Part shown: piece by piece, positions 7,419 through 19,200 of the stretch
Layout of the letters: each line of letters opens with the position of its first letter
Position numbering within the stretch: position 1 is the first letter of the stretch
Source of the DNA: a virus
Lineage: Duplodnaviria > Caudoviricetes
Length of the DNA: 24,024 nucleotides
Direction: 5' to 3' (one strand)
IMG/VR virus record: IMGVR_UViG_3300006863_000021
Coordinates: 1 to 24,024 of that record
Program-made: the position numbers and the translations under genes
The notes under the pieces: generated by a model
Told to the model about the DNA's origin: nothing
What the model saw: only the letters and a program-made list of their open reading frames with translations
The model's database searches: none

Positions 7419-9608
7419 ATGGCATTGATACGAACTGTAGTACCAGATTTAATTGGTGGAGTCAGCAAACAGCCTGATGTCCAACGATTCATGAATCAGT
7501 TTGAGGAGGTAGACAACGCCTCTCTTCTTTTCAATCGTGGATTTGAAAAGAGAAATGGTACTACATTCATCAAGAATATTACCGACCCTACGGGTGATAT
7601 GAAGATACACTGGATAAACCGCAGTGCTACTCAAAGGTACTTTATTCTTTTCCGTGCAAATGCCTCTACTCCAGTCAGAATCTTTAAAGCATCTGATGGA
7701 AGTGAATGTACAGTAAATTATCAAACAGGTAAATCCACTTCCTTAAAAGCATATCTTAATATTGCACCCGCAAATATTCGTGCTGTTACATTTGATGATA
7801 CTACTATTGTTGCCAATACAACAATTACAACTGCTACCACTACAACTACAGCCACTTACAGATATCCAACTGCTTCTGCAAATGCGGCTGATGATGTAAT
7901 CAAGACCAATCCTTCACCCAATCCACATAATAAAGCATACTGGACAGAGTTCAATCTACCCCCAACAGCCGTAGATGAATATTGGTATGCAAGAAATGAC
8001 TCCCCCGGTAATCCTCAAGGTTTCTATAAATCCATTTCTACAACCACTCAACCATGGTATCAACGCATTCGTACTCCTTGGACTAATTCAGAGTATGATG
8101 CAACCACCATGCCTGTAAGAATTGTTCAGACAAATGATACAACTTTTGAAGTAAAAGAGATTGAATGGATAGCAAGACTTTCTGGTGATGGATTGACTAA
8201 TCCTCCAGCATCCTTTGTTGGTAAGAAAATTGCTGATATTGCAATCCATAGAAATAGATTCTGGATTGCTGCGGGTGAAAGAATCGTAAGTTCTCAAGCA
8301 GGTTCTTATTTCAATTTCTGGTATAATACCTATACACAACTTGTAGATTCAGATCCGATTGACTTGACTCTTGGTAGTTCCCAAGTTTCTACCATCAAGC
8401 ATATCATTCCATTTCAGAAATCTCTGGTGGTGTTTACGGATTCCAATCAGCAATACGAGGTAAAGGCTCGGGATGCCCTTACTCCAACAACCGTATCTGT
8501 GATTCCTTCTACCACATACGCCTCTCCTGAACTCTGTAAACCGCTTATAGTGGGTTCTTACATGTACTGGGTCACTAACAAAGGAGAGTATTCACAAGTC
8601 TTTGAGTATGCCAGCGATTCGTTAGATACTCGTTCAACGGCAATGGATATCACCGCACATTGTGATACTTATATTCCACCAGACATGACATTTATGTCTG
8701 CGTCATCTTCTTCAGATATTATCATTATAGGAGATGGAAATACCAATGCGATGTATGTCAACTTTGCGTTCTACCAAGGACAGAAGAAACTACAGAATGC
8801 TTGGTGCAAATACAGCATGGGTGATGATGGAACCAATGGAAAGATTATTTCAGCAAACTTCTTTGATGATACCATCTATGTCTTACAGCGTGTTCCAGAA
8901 GGCGGAGGAGCCGTTACAAGCGTTCTGAGACTCAACAAGTTAGAATGCCGTACCCTTGACGAATACCCGTCATACCTGCCCAGAATAGACGCAAAGCAAT
9001 TGCTTAGTGCTGGTACTTGGGTCAAAGCAAATCAACAGACAGAATGGGTTGTTCCCGGTAGAGTTCTGGATGCCAATGTCATATTCTTTGGTTCTGAATG
9101 GAATGCCCACACAGAAGATCGTGAAGGATACTGGATTGTTCCAGATGAAATTGAAGATCAAGAGGATGATCCTCCGACAATGATTGTCAGGGTAAATGGT
9201 AAATATGATGACTATCCAGTATGGCTTGGTGTGAACTTTGAAACGAATTGTCAGATTTCTAGACAATATGTTCGTGACCGAAACCAAATGCCTATGGTTG
9301 GTACACTTACACTAAAGAATATGTCTGTGTGCCATAGAGATACTGGATATTATGAAATCCATATTGACCCTAAGATTACTCCACAAGCAACTCGTATCGT
9401 TCAATATGTACCTAAGACTGTAGGTTCAAACTTTATTCTTGGGGAGAATGATGTGTCTGATAACCAGATTGAGACATTCAAGATAATGAGTTCAGCAAAT
9501 AATGTTACACTAAATATAAAGAGTAATCAACCACCACCGCTAAACATCAACGCAATTGAGTTTGCTACAAACTTCGTAGAGAAGAAGACATCACCTGCTG
9601 ACAGGTAA
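7419..9608 (+). CDS. Tail tubular protein B (nozzle), T7 gp12-like
   Basis: LIGGVSKQPD..R...Q, G.EKR.GT, W..R.SGD..TNP..SFVG, RNRF, DSDPID, LTP.T and QNAWCK motifs; 729 aa. Confidence 0.93.
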   Translation: MALIRTVVPDLIGGVSKQPDVQRFMNQFEEVDNASLLFNRGFEKRNGTTFIKNITDPTGDMKIHWINRSATQRYFILFRANASTPVRIFKASDGSECTVNYQTGKSTSLKAYLNIAPANIRAVTFDDTTIVANTTITTATTTTTATYRYPTASANAADDVIKTNPSPNPHNKAYWTEFNLPPTAVDEYWYARNDSPGNPQGFYKSISTTTQPWYQRIRTPWTNSEYDATTMPVRIVQTNDTTFEVKEIEWIARLSGDGLTNPPASFVGKKIADIAIHRNRFWIAAGERIVSSQAGSYFNFWYNTYTQLVDSDPIDLTLGSSQVSTIKHIIPFQKSLVVFTDSNQQYEVKARDALTPTTVSVIPSTTYASPELCKPLIVGSYMYWVTNKGEYSQVFEYASDSLDTRSTAMDITAHCDTYIPPDMTFMSASSSSDIIIIGDGNTNAMYVNFAFYQGQKKLQNAWCKYSMGDDGTNGKIISANFFDDTIYVLQRVPEGGGAVTSVLRLNKLECRTLDEYPSYLPRIDAKQLLSAGTWVKANQQTEWVVPGRVLDANVIFFGSEWNAHTEDREGYWIVPDEIEDQEDDPPTMIVRVNGKYDDYPVWLGVNFETNCQISRQYVRDRNQMPMVGTLTLKNMSVCHRDTGYYEIHIDPKITPQATRIVQYVPKTVGSNFILGENDVSDNQIETFKIMSSANNVTLNIKSNQPPPLNINAIEFATNFVEKKTSPADR

Positions 9609-9621
9609 GAAAGGATAAGTT

Positions 9622-10215
9622 ATGTTGAAACTAGCACTTCCATTGTTGCTCACAGCAGCATCAGCAGCAGTATCTGTTGCTGGAACCATGGAGGCTAACA
9701 AACAGCAAGCCGCTATGGTACAATACCAGAATCAACAGAAGAAACTTGCCTTTGAACGCTCTCTTGCTTACAACCGTGCCGTAAATGAAATCAAGGCTAT
9801 TGACCAGAAACAAGCCCTTTCAATGAAATATGATGCGATGAAAGGTGCTAGTATTGCTCAGGGTGCTGAAAGAAATGTTATTGAGAGCCGTAGTCAAACA
9901 CAAGTGATGAATGCTCTTGGGTACATGGCTTCCCGTGAAGCGGCAAAGATTGACCTTGAAAGAAATCTTGGTGACTTGGGATATGAAATAAATGCACAAC
10001 CCCAATATGGAGTAGCAGGTTCATCAAGTCCATGGTTGGCTGGTGTTGCTGGTGGTTTATCTGGACTCAACATGGGTATCAATGTAAGTTCGGCAATGCA
10101 GCAATATAATGCTTCACAATCAATGCTTGGTTATCAGAGAGCAATCCAAGGATTGAACTCTCCCAATCCCAATACATCATCATCAACAGAAGGATTTGCT
10201 CCACCACCATATTGA
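9622..10215 (+). CDS. Internal virion (ejection) protein, T7 gp14-like
   Basis: 197 aa; hydrophobic Ala-rich N-terminus, Gln/Ala coiled region and a Gly-rich hydrophobic C-terminal segment (WLAGVAGGLSGLNMG); synteny after gp12. Confidence 0.7.
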   Translation: MLKLALPLLLTAASAAVSVAGTMEANKQQAAMVQYQNQQKKLAFERSLAYNRAVNEIKAIDQKQALSMKYDAMKGASIAQGAERNVIESRSQTQVMNALGYMASREAAKIDLERNLGDLGYEINAQPQYGVAGSSSPWLAGVAGGLSGLNMGINVSSAMQQYNASQSMLGYQRAIQGLNSPNPNTSSSTEGFAPPPY

Positions 10216-10231
10216 GCAACAGGAGACATAA

Positions 10232-13200
10232 ATGCCTAGAGATTATAGACAACCAACTCCCGGAGGAGATCCATCAAATCCATTATCGTTGATGACTACG
10301 ACAATGGATATTCAACAGGTAAGTTTCACTCCTCAGATTGCTGTTGCTGAACCAGAAAACCAATATGTCATGTTGGAAAAGATTCTTGGTCTTGGTGCTC
10401 AAGCAGCAACAAATGCCTATCAGTATGCTGCTCAAGCAAATGAAAATGAAATGGCTTTGAATGCTGCCATCTATAGAGAAAAGCAAAGGCAGATTGATGA
10501 TGCAGAAATAGACACAAAGAAATATCAAGACGGTATATTCAAGAGGTTTGATGCTGAAATCACCGCTGCTTTGCTTGCCGATGAATATGATAAAGCAAAT
10601 GCCAAAGCCACCCAAATGGCTGAGTTATATCCTGTAGATGAGAATCCAGATGGAAACTTGAAAGCACAAGACCATTTGCTCCGAATCAAAGTCGCCAGAG
10701 AAGTATATGAAGGCAAACAATTACAGATAAGAAAACAAGAATCAGCCGCTTCTCAGGGCATTGCTTTGTTTGATTCAATGGAAACTTTAGAGCGTCTTCA
10801 GGGACAGTTCAACAATCCAGAAACCAGAAGTCAGGTAATGAATATCTTTGGACCACAGGCTCCAACTGATAGCAATCCAATGGGATTACCGGGTGTTCCT
10901 GATGATCAACTACATGTCGCAATTAATGATATGTTGATGGCTGCTATTGCCAGAGAGAAACTTCCTCCTCTTACTCCAGAGGATAAGGTTGAACTACAGA
11001 GAACTCTTCTCCGTCAATCCGATGCACTTCGTACTGGGATTATTGCGGAAAGAAATAGACAGAGAACATTTGAACGGATTGAAAAGAGAACCAATGCTGC
11101 TATTACAATAGCAACATCAATGAATGAACCAACTCAGGATTTGGATACTCTATTCACCGAGTTTGATCAACTGGAAGCAGACAAGCAAGCGGGTCTAATC
11201 ACACCAGTACAGCAAACAAATCTTGAAAGAAATCTTGTCAATATAATGTCAGAGAACTTGGGTAAAGAAAGTCCAGTATCTGGTGCTTTGGCAATGAAAC
11301 AAAGGATTATTGATGGTGTAAATGAAGGTAGAATACCACCGAGTCGTGGTCTTCGTATCGTCACTATGCTTGAACGCCGTGCTCTACAGGAACTTGATAA
11401 TGAAATACAGACATATGAAGCCAATCTAAAGGTTGGTGTTCCTCCAGAAAGTCAAGATAATGCTTTGGGTCTAGCCAAGAATACCGATCCCGGACTTGAA
11501 ATTGGATTGAACTATGGCATCTTTACAAGAGATAAAGATGGAAATATTGCTGTCACACCCGGTAATGAAAAGGCAGCAGCCAAACTTGCTGGTCTATCTC
11601 AACGCTGGGTAAATCAAAGAGAAGCCCTTGCAAAGAATACTGGAATGGAAGCAACCATTGAATATGTACAGAATGCTTCGTTGCTTCGTCAAGAATATAC
11701 TGGTTATGTCTCTGCTCCAGACACAGCATTTACTCCTGAAGTAGGAACTAGAAACAATAATATTGATGCTTTGCTTATGCGAGAAATCAATAGTGCCGCA
11801 GCATATGCTGGTCAACCACAGAAACAGGAACCGCATATTCTCACTTCTTATTATCTTATAACAGAAGAACTGAAAAGAACAACTGGAGTTGACCTGACAC
11901 CAGAACAGACTCAAGGTTATGCTGAGTTCAGACAACTGGTAGATTCCAATCCTGCTGCTGCTGAAGAAAAGTTTGGTAAAGAAATAATGGGTTCTTTCAT
12001 CAGCAAGAAACCAGAAGAAAGAACTGATGCTGAACGCAAGTATGTCTATATGACATTCCAAGCCTTGATGGATAAGAAACTGAATGATAATCAGAAGCGA
12101 GTGGCACTCAATCCAAACGAAAGAATCAATGATTTCAGTATGGATGATTATGCTAGTATGGCTCAACAGTCATCTACCAATCTTTATAAGAAGAAAGGCA
12201 AGATGTCTCAAATGGAAAGACAGGTAGAAGAAGAGAAGACAGCCAGACTGCTTGCCTTTTCAGATACTGCACCCAAAGATTTCTACAAGTATGTCGGAGA
12301 AGAATACTTTGCACAGGGTTCCACTGTCAATGAACTCAAGGCTGGATATACTTTGATATCACAAGCCAAAGCCAGAATGCGAGATGCACAAGGCAATGTT
12401 ATCAATATGGCTACATACGGAAATGTAGAAGCAGAACTTGCGATGTATGAAGGCGATAGAGTAATGTTTGATACCATTTCCATTGCCGAAGCATTCTCCC
12501 TTGGTACAAATCAACCACCAGAGTTCTTCTTGGCTGAGGCACATCAGATTGCCATTCGTGCCAATGCAGAGCGTGATGCAACCAAAGACAGGTTGGCAAA
12601 AGGTGCATTGGAAATGATTCCTCCTGTAGCATATGATTATGCAGAAGGTAAACCCATTCCTATGGGACTTACTGAAGAAAGACAGAGGGAACTCCGAAAA
12701 GCATTCAAGGCTACATTCAACGCAGAAGTTCCAGAGATAGCAGAGGGAGATCAAACAATCTCCATTGATGCAGAAGATTATAGCAGAATGAATGCCATTT
12801 ATACTGGATTCAGAGCAAGAGGATATAGTCCTGAACTAGCCATCAGAGCAGCCACAAATAAAATGAAGATGTTTGGTTATACTTTGGTGGTCGGTACAAA
12901 GGATTCCAGAGACGAAAGAGTTCAGTTGATTTATGATCCACTCGGAAATATTCCCACACCGGAACAAATGAATGACGAGAACTTCAAGTTCTACATTGAT
13001 GATGTCTCAAAGACAAATCCAAATCTTCAGGGAATGAAAATTACAGGTGCTGGAAAGTTGAATCAAGTTGTATTCAAGTATAACGCACCTGATGATATTC
13101 TTCAGTATGGAAGGGTTCCTTATACCATTATTCGTCCTAATGGCGAAGCATTCTACAGTGGTAATGCACAAGGAATCTCAAGGCGTGGATTTGAAGAATG

Positions 13201-13258
13201 GAAGGCTAGAACTACAGAAACACAGAAAAGTAGAGCAAACTCAGGTGTTGGTCCATAA
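10232..13258 (+). CDS. Internal virion (ejection) protein, gp15 position (1008 aa)
   Basis: Large helical-looking protein between the gp14-like and gp16-like genes; AGGAG RBS; assignment by synteny. Confidence 0.65.
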   Translation: MPRDYRQPTPGGDPSNPLSLMTTTMDIQQVSFTPQIAVAEPENQYVMLEKILGLGAQAATNAYQYAAQANENEMALNAAIYREKQRQIDDAEIDTKKYQDGIFKRFDAEITAALLADEYDKANAKATQMAELYPVDENPDGNLKAQDHLLRIKVAREVYEGKQLQIRKQESAASQGIALFDSMETLERLQGQFNNPETRSQVMNIFGPQAPTDSNPMGLPGVPDDQLHVAINDMLMAAIAREKLPPLTPEDKVELQRTLLRQSDALRTGIIAERNRQRTFERIEKRTNAAITIATSMNEPTQDLDTLFTEFDQLEADKQAGLITPVQQTNLERNLVNIMSENLGKESPVSGALAMKQRIIDGVNEGRIPPSRGLRIVTMLERRALQELDNEIQTYEANLKVGVPPESQDNALGLAKNTDPGLEIGLNYGIFTRDKDGNIAVTPGNEKAAAKLAGLSQRWVNQREALAKNTGMEATIEYVQNASLLRQEYTGYVSAPDTAFTPEVGTRNNNIDALLMREINSAAAYAGQPQKQEPHILTSYYLITEELKRTTGVDLTPEQTQGYAEFRQLVDSNPAAAEEKFGKEIMGSFISKKPEERTDAERKYVYMTFQALMDKKLNDNQKRVALNPNERINDFSMDDYASMAQQSSTNLYKKKGKMSQMERQVEEEKTARLLAFSDTAPKDFYKYVGEEYFAQGSTVNELKAGYTLISQAKARMRDAQGNVINMATYGNVEAELAMYEGDRVMFDTISIAEAFSLGTNQPPEFFLAEAHQIAIRANAERDATKDRLAKGALEMIPPVAYDYAEGKPIPMGLTEERQRELRKAFKATFNAEVPEIAEGDQTISIDAEDYSRMNAIYTGFRARGYSPELAIRAATNKMKMFGYTLVVGTKDSRDERVQLIYDPLGNIPTPEQMNDENFKFYIDDVSKTNPNLQGMKITGAGKLNQVVFKYNAPDDILQYGRVPYTIIRPNGEAFYSGNAQGISRRGFEEWKARTTETQKSRANSGVGP

Positions 13259-13273
13259 CAGAAAGGAAGATTG

Positions 13274-16200
13274 ATGTCTTCATTCAGCATATTCAATAGC
13301 GGAGTTGGTGGTGGTGTTCCTTCAAGACCCGCCATTCCTCTACAAGACATTAGACAAAGACAGGTTGCGGCAATTGAACCTCAACAGGAAGAAGTTGTAG
13401 CAAGACCTGCAATGCCTGCTTTGTATACGGATGAGAATGGAAATCCATCCTATGACAATAATCAATCTTGGTTTGAAACTTTTACAGACCGTAGACTTTA
13501 TGCACAGACAGGTGGTGGTGCTGGATATTGGGGATTTGGTTGGAGAACTCCTACCAGAACGATGTACGATAGTTACATTGGTCTTGACCCCAACATGGAA
13601 CCAGATCCAGAATGGCTCAAACAGAAGGCTGATGAAACTTGGGTTACAAACAGAGTAAAGATGATTGAACAGAATATCGGCACAGATGCTGATGTTCTAA
13701 AGAATTACTATGGTCAAGACATCATCAAGAGTCTAGTACAAAGAGGAAACTCTTTGGATGATGAAACAGCACGCCTGACATTTGCTCTGGATGAATCCAA
13801 ATCTTTCTACCGCATTATGGATTATGATGCTGCTTCTGGATGGGGGACATATCTTGGAACCAAGGTAGCATCCGGTGTAGGTAACTACATGGCTGTAGAC
13901 CCAGTAACCAGTGTTTCAACAATGCTTTCTCTTGGTGCTGGTACTGTTCTTCCAGCATTAGCAAGAAGTGCAGTTATTGCTGAATATTTGCCATGGCTTA
14001 GTACACCGAGTCTTGTTACTCGTTCATGGCTTATTTCACATGGTCCTCTTCTAGCCAAATCAAATATTATTCTTGGTCCTATTGATGGTGCTATTTCTGG
14101 ATATGCGTATCATTATGGATATAATAAAGATAGAGAAATGCTTCATGGTGAAGACAGCATTTATGAAGACGATAGTGTAGTTGATGATGTTTCCATTGGT
14201 GCTGCCTTTGGTCTTGCTGGAGGATTGTTTGCCTATGGAATGGGCATTCGTAATGCACGCCGTGAAGCCGCTATAGAGGCTTTGGCAATGTCGGGACTAT
14301 CCGTACCTACCCGTGATTCCCTTGACTATACGGTGCGTTATAGCGTTGCACATTCAAATCTATTACGCCGTCTAAAGGCATCTGGTATTGCTGAGACAGA
14401 TGATGTCTTTAAACAAGTAGCCGACCCATCAAGACTAAATGAAGCAGGATTCCGTAGTGTTGAAGATGTCTTGAGATTGACCAGACAAGTAGATGATCTC
14501 AAGCCTGACGCTGCCGAGTTTGGTTCTATGGTCGCAAGAAAGACCAACTTAGAGAATACGAAAGCCGTAACTTTTAGAACTAAAATCAAGAGTGTATTGG
14601 ATGCTGTTCCAGATGGCGATGGATTTATTGATGATGGTACTGGTAAGATGATTCCAAATTATGCCAAATATGGCAATGAAATTGCGGGTGCTTTGGATGC
14701 CGATACTAGGGCTGTATTGAAAGCAGCCAATTTAAATGATAATGAAATAGACAGCATCTTTGATTTCTTTGGAACCAGAGTTGGAGTGGATAAGTTAGAT
14801 CTCCATAAGTGGGTTCAGATTTCCGATGTAAATGAAAGAGATGGACGAATCCTCCTACAGTTCATGGGAGAAGAAATAGCAAATGAGAGAAGAGCACTTG
14901 CTGGTCTTTCCAAGATCGCACAAGCAAGAGGTCTTGATATCAATACAATGTCTTTCCGACAGATACAAGATTTCACGCTTGAACTTGACAGAGAAGCCAA
15001 TGCTATTCTAGATGCGGCAACTACCACTATGGATAGAGTTGGTCTTGCTGATAGACTCATGGGTCATTTCCATGACTTGGCAAACATGAGAACTAAACTT
15101 TTCCGTAATGGATTGAAACCAGAAGAAGGACATCCTCAAGTTGGTATTCGTAAATTATATGGAATGAATGATACCAAGACAGTGAATAAAGCACTGAGAA
15201 CCATTGGTAAACTTGAACGAAGAGGTGAAATCAATTCACTTGCTGCCGAAGAACTTCGTAAGTGGGTAGAGATACAGAAGTCGTTGAATGACCTTGCTAG
15301 AACTAGAATGAAGCAAGGAGAACTAGGTGAAGTCCTTGGATTGTTGAATACTCATATTCTCACTGATATGCAAAGTCCACATTTGATTGATGGGTTGTAT
15401 CCTCTCAGGACAGCATTCAGAGGAGAACTGGATGAACTAAATGTCTCTGATGCCGCTGTTCGTGGACAACGATTTGCTACACTGTGGGATTCATTGCCTG
15501 AAACAGCCGCACCTGTTGGTGATTTGACATCCGCATATAAGACCGCAAAGACTAATAGAATGGCAGCGGCTAGAAGTTTACAAGCAGGTAAGCAAACTGT
15601 AAATGAAATTGGTAAAGGTAGTACAATAAGTCGTGCTGAAGAAACAGCAGCAGGTATTGCATTTCAGTTTACAAGAGCAAATGGAACACTATCAAGAGTA
15701 TTGACAATCGCAAAAGAAGGATTGGAAGATGTCTTTGATGCAACATCTCTTACAGCATTCCGTAATGCTATTGCCGCAGGAAAGACACCAGAAGATGCTG
15801 CTAAACTATTGAAGTTCAACGATACGGCATCAATCTCCAAAGGTCTTACCACTAGACTTGGTACAGCAGAAGCCGCACTTACAAGAGCAGGAAAAGAAAG
15901 AAATCTTGGATATGCCATTAGAAACGAAGATTATAGTTTCTGGGTAGGAAATAAACTTCTTGGTGCTATGAGAGCAACACCATTTCTTGGTTGGGGAATG
16001 CATAAGTTGGCACGCCTTGCTCTTGATTCAACCATTATGGGTGTGAATCTTGGAGGACTAAGAGCAGGTAGATTATGGTTCAATCCAGAATCCATGTCTG
16101 GTCATGGTGCTATCCGACAGTTGACAATGCTTGCAAATCTTATTGATAGTCCACATGTTCTAAAAGGAGACATTGGAAGATTGGTTGATAATGGATTGTT

Positions 16201-19200
16201 CTCCATTCAAGCAATAAGAAACTGGAATGCATCACAAGCAGCCAAAGTAATAAAAGTAATCAGAGATGCGGCTACAAGAGGAGAAGCATTTAGCCCAGAA
16301 GATTATAGAGCAATACGAGATGTAGTTGCTGGTAGATTGGAAAGAGGTAAGTTAACACCGAAACAAGAACAACTTTATGCCGTCAATAGAGAAGTCATTA
16401 GTGGATACATTGATGATTTGCTTGATATAATTGATTCTGTTGATGCTTCAAAGTTTGGAATAGATGAAGAAAGAAAGAAACTACTTAGAGCAATATTTGA
16501 AACAGAAACCAGAGAACAAATCGCAGATGCTATGCAACTGGCAATGCTTGTTCCTAATCAATCAGTTATCATAGCCAAGAGAGGTGAGTTTAGAGATACT
16601 ATAAGAAATGTCTTGACTCGTTTGGTTGATGACAATATGAAATTGATGAGAGGACGAGATGCTACACTTATTGATAGTGATAGTATATCTACATGGCTTG
16701 AAACAAGATTGACTGGTTTGATAGAAGCCAGAAGAGCAAAAGGAGCAACACCAGCACAACTGCTTCAGATGGAACAGAAAATGAAATCAGTTCTTGCGTT
16801 GCCAGCAGATAAACAAATAGATGCCGCAATTACACTTGCCAAGACTAAAGACGAACTTGATGCAATATTTGATTCAACATTGAAGACATTTGATGCAGAT
16901 GAAACAACTGGTTTCGGTGTTCGTATGTTATGGAATAATCTTACAGACACAGAAGTCGCAAACGCTAAGACATTTGATGACATTCTTGATATTATGGAAG
17001 GCAAAAGAACCAATCAAGATTTCATAGATCTGATAAGAACAAGAGTGAATGATTATGACGGTGAACTTGCTCCATCGGCTCAATTCATAAGGAAACCCGG
17101 ACAACAAGTTGGATTCCCGGCAAGTGCTTCTGGAGTTGCTGGTATAAGACAATTTGCTGATGGTGTCTATATGCATCTTCTGCGAGATGCGGAAATGGAT
17201 GGATTCTTTCATCACGAAATGGGAGAAGCAGCAGTAGCATTTGCCACTGGCAATGGAACTCGTATTCGTACATCGGCTCAACTTGTTCGTACAATGGGTG
17301 CTGATGAGAATGGAAATCAAGGAATCTTTGCCCTCATCAACCAGACAAGAAAAGAAATGAATGCTGCTCTTGATGAAATGGAAGAAAGAGGTAGCACCAA
17401 AGTTGCAGGTCTTAGAGAAAGATTGAATGAAGATTTCAATAATCTTGAAGACATGACAGCATATGGATTAGGATACGGAACATCAACAGAAACCAGATAT
17501 GGTATTCTGGAAACCGCATTCAGAATCAATAACGGATATATTCGTGCAAAGCGTGGTGGTAATTGGGGATTCCAAACAGCAATCGCAGAAGTATTCAAGA
17601 CATTCCTTCTTGGTGCAAATAGAGAAGGATTTCTCACTTCGTTTGGCAATATGCTTCGCAGTGTCTTTACCAAAGATGACCTTTGGGATATTGGTGGAGC
17701 CATAGAACAATTCACTCGCAAATATTCTCCGGGTGTAGATACTGAAGCGTATGTTGGTGGAATGTCTTTCGGTCGTATTCCTACTGGTGTAGGTAACATT
17801 CCAGTTGCCAATCCTCCAGTCAGATTCCAAGGACATTCTCCGGCATCAGGATTTAAGGATTGGGTTCGTCAACGCATTCCTGTAGTAGGTAGATTAAGAG
17901 ATACTTTCAGTGGTGCTGCTATTGATCCACAAGGTACAGCAAGACTTGCCGCTGGTCAGCAACCAACAACTGTTGGACAGAGAGCCACACAGACAGGAGC
18001 AAGAGTTGCCGATACCGCAACCACTGCGGTTGAAGCAGCAGCAAATACAACAACTAGACTTGGTGGTCAACAATACTTCCAAGCAATGGGAAGAGACATG
18101 GCTGTTCGTCAAGGCAAGAGATATCTACAGAATAATATTGGTGCTCTTCTGAATCTGTCTAGAAGATATCGTGAAGCAATGCTTGCATTCAAACCCGGTG
18201 CAAATGCATCAGATGTAGAAAAGTTCAAGATTCTATCCAAACTTTCAGAAGAAACAGGAGTAGATCCATATCTTGCAGCAAGACTTCTTCACCATGGATT
18301 GCTTGATGAAGGTAATCTTGGAATGTTAAACCGAGCCATAGCAAGAACAACAGAAGCAGAAAGCAAAGCAGGAAGAGTTATTGGATTCCTAAGCGGTGCT
18401 ACCAAGCCATTCAAAGTTGAAACTCTCAGACGCTATCTTGATGATCTAGCAGAAGAAGAAGTCCGAGTTATGGCTGCATCCCGTGCAGCACAAGACCTAT
18501 CACCGGAAAGAGCAAACTTAAGAAATGTTGATGAATTGATGATGCGTCTTACTTCTTGGTTGGATGAAGAAGCAAACACAGCAATGAATAGTGCTACTTT
18601 GATTTCTTCCGCACCAAATGCCAACTTGGGTCAAAGATGGATTAGCCAGTTCTCAAACTATGTCAGGGCTTTCACTCATCAAACCATGATGCGTGGAGCA
18701 AATGATACAAGCATCAATAGAATGATGATGATGGTTGCACCTGTCATTATTGGTGAAATGCTTTACTTTGAGTCTATAAGACTGCTTGAATCCAAGTACC
18801 AGAAAGGTGAAGTACAATATCAGAAGGAACTGGATGACCGCATTCGTGCTTGGAGAGAAGCCCCAGAAGAACAGTTTGCAAGGATCATTGCTAGAATACC
18901 AATCGGTGGTGTCAGCCAAAGTTTCCTTTTAAATGCCATTATCAATCCAATGGAAGGAACTGTTCTTGGTGCGGATTTGAGTCAGAGTAATGTTCCTATA
19001 CTTACACAGAAGCCAGATGCTTTGAGTCTCAAGCGTGGAACCCATAAAGCATTTGTCAAATCAGAAGACATTATCAATGAATATTTGACATTTGGAAATC
19101 CACGGGAACAGAATCTGATAGACAAATTGGATGAACGACTTGTATCGGAAAGAACTCTTTACAGCAAACCATATCAGTTCCCACTAGTTCAGTTTACTCC

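Noticed and set aside
7800-7860. Poly-Thr repeat in tail tubular B as a contingency locus
   Set aside because: The codons are mixed (ACA/ACT/ACC), so it is protein-level low complexity rather than a slippage-prone DNA repeat.
10198-10215. C-terminal PPPY (PPxY late-domain-like) motif on the gp14-like protein
   Set aside because: This is a eukaryotic WW-binding motif with no plausible role in a bacteriophage; it is short and likely coincidental.
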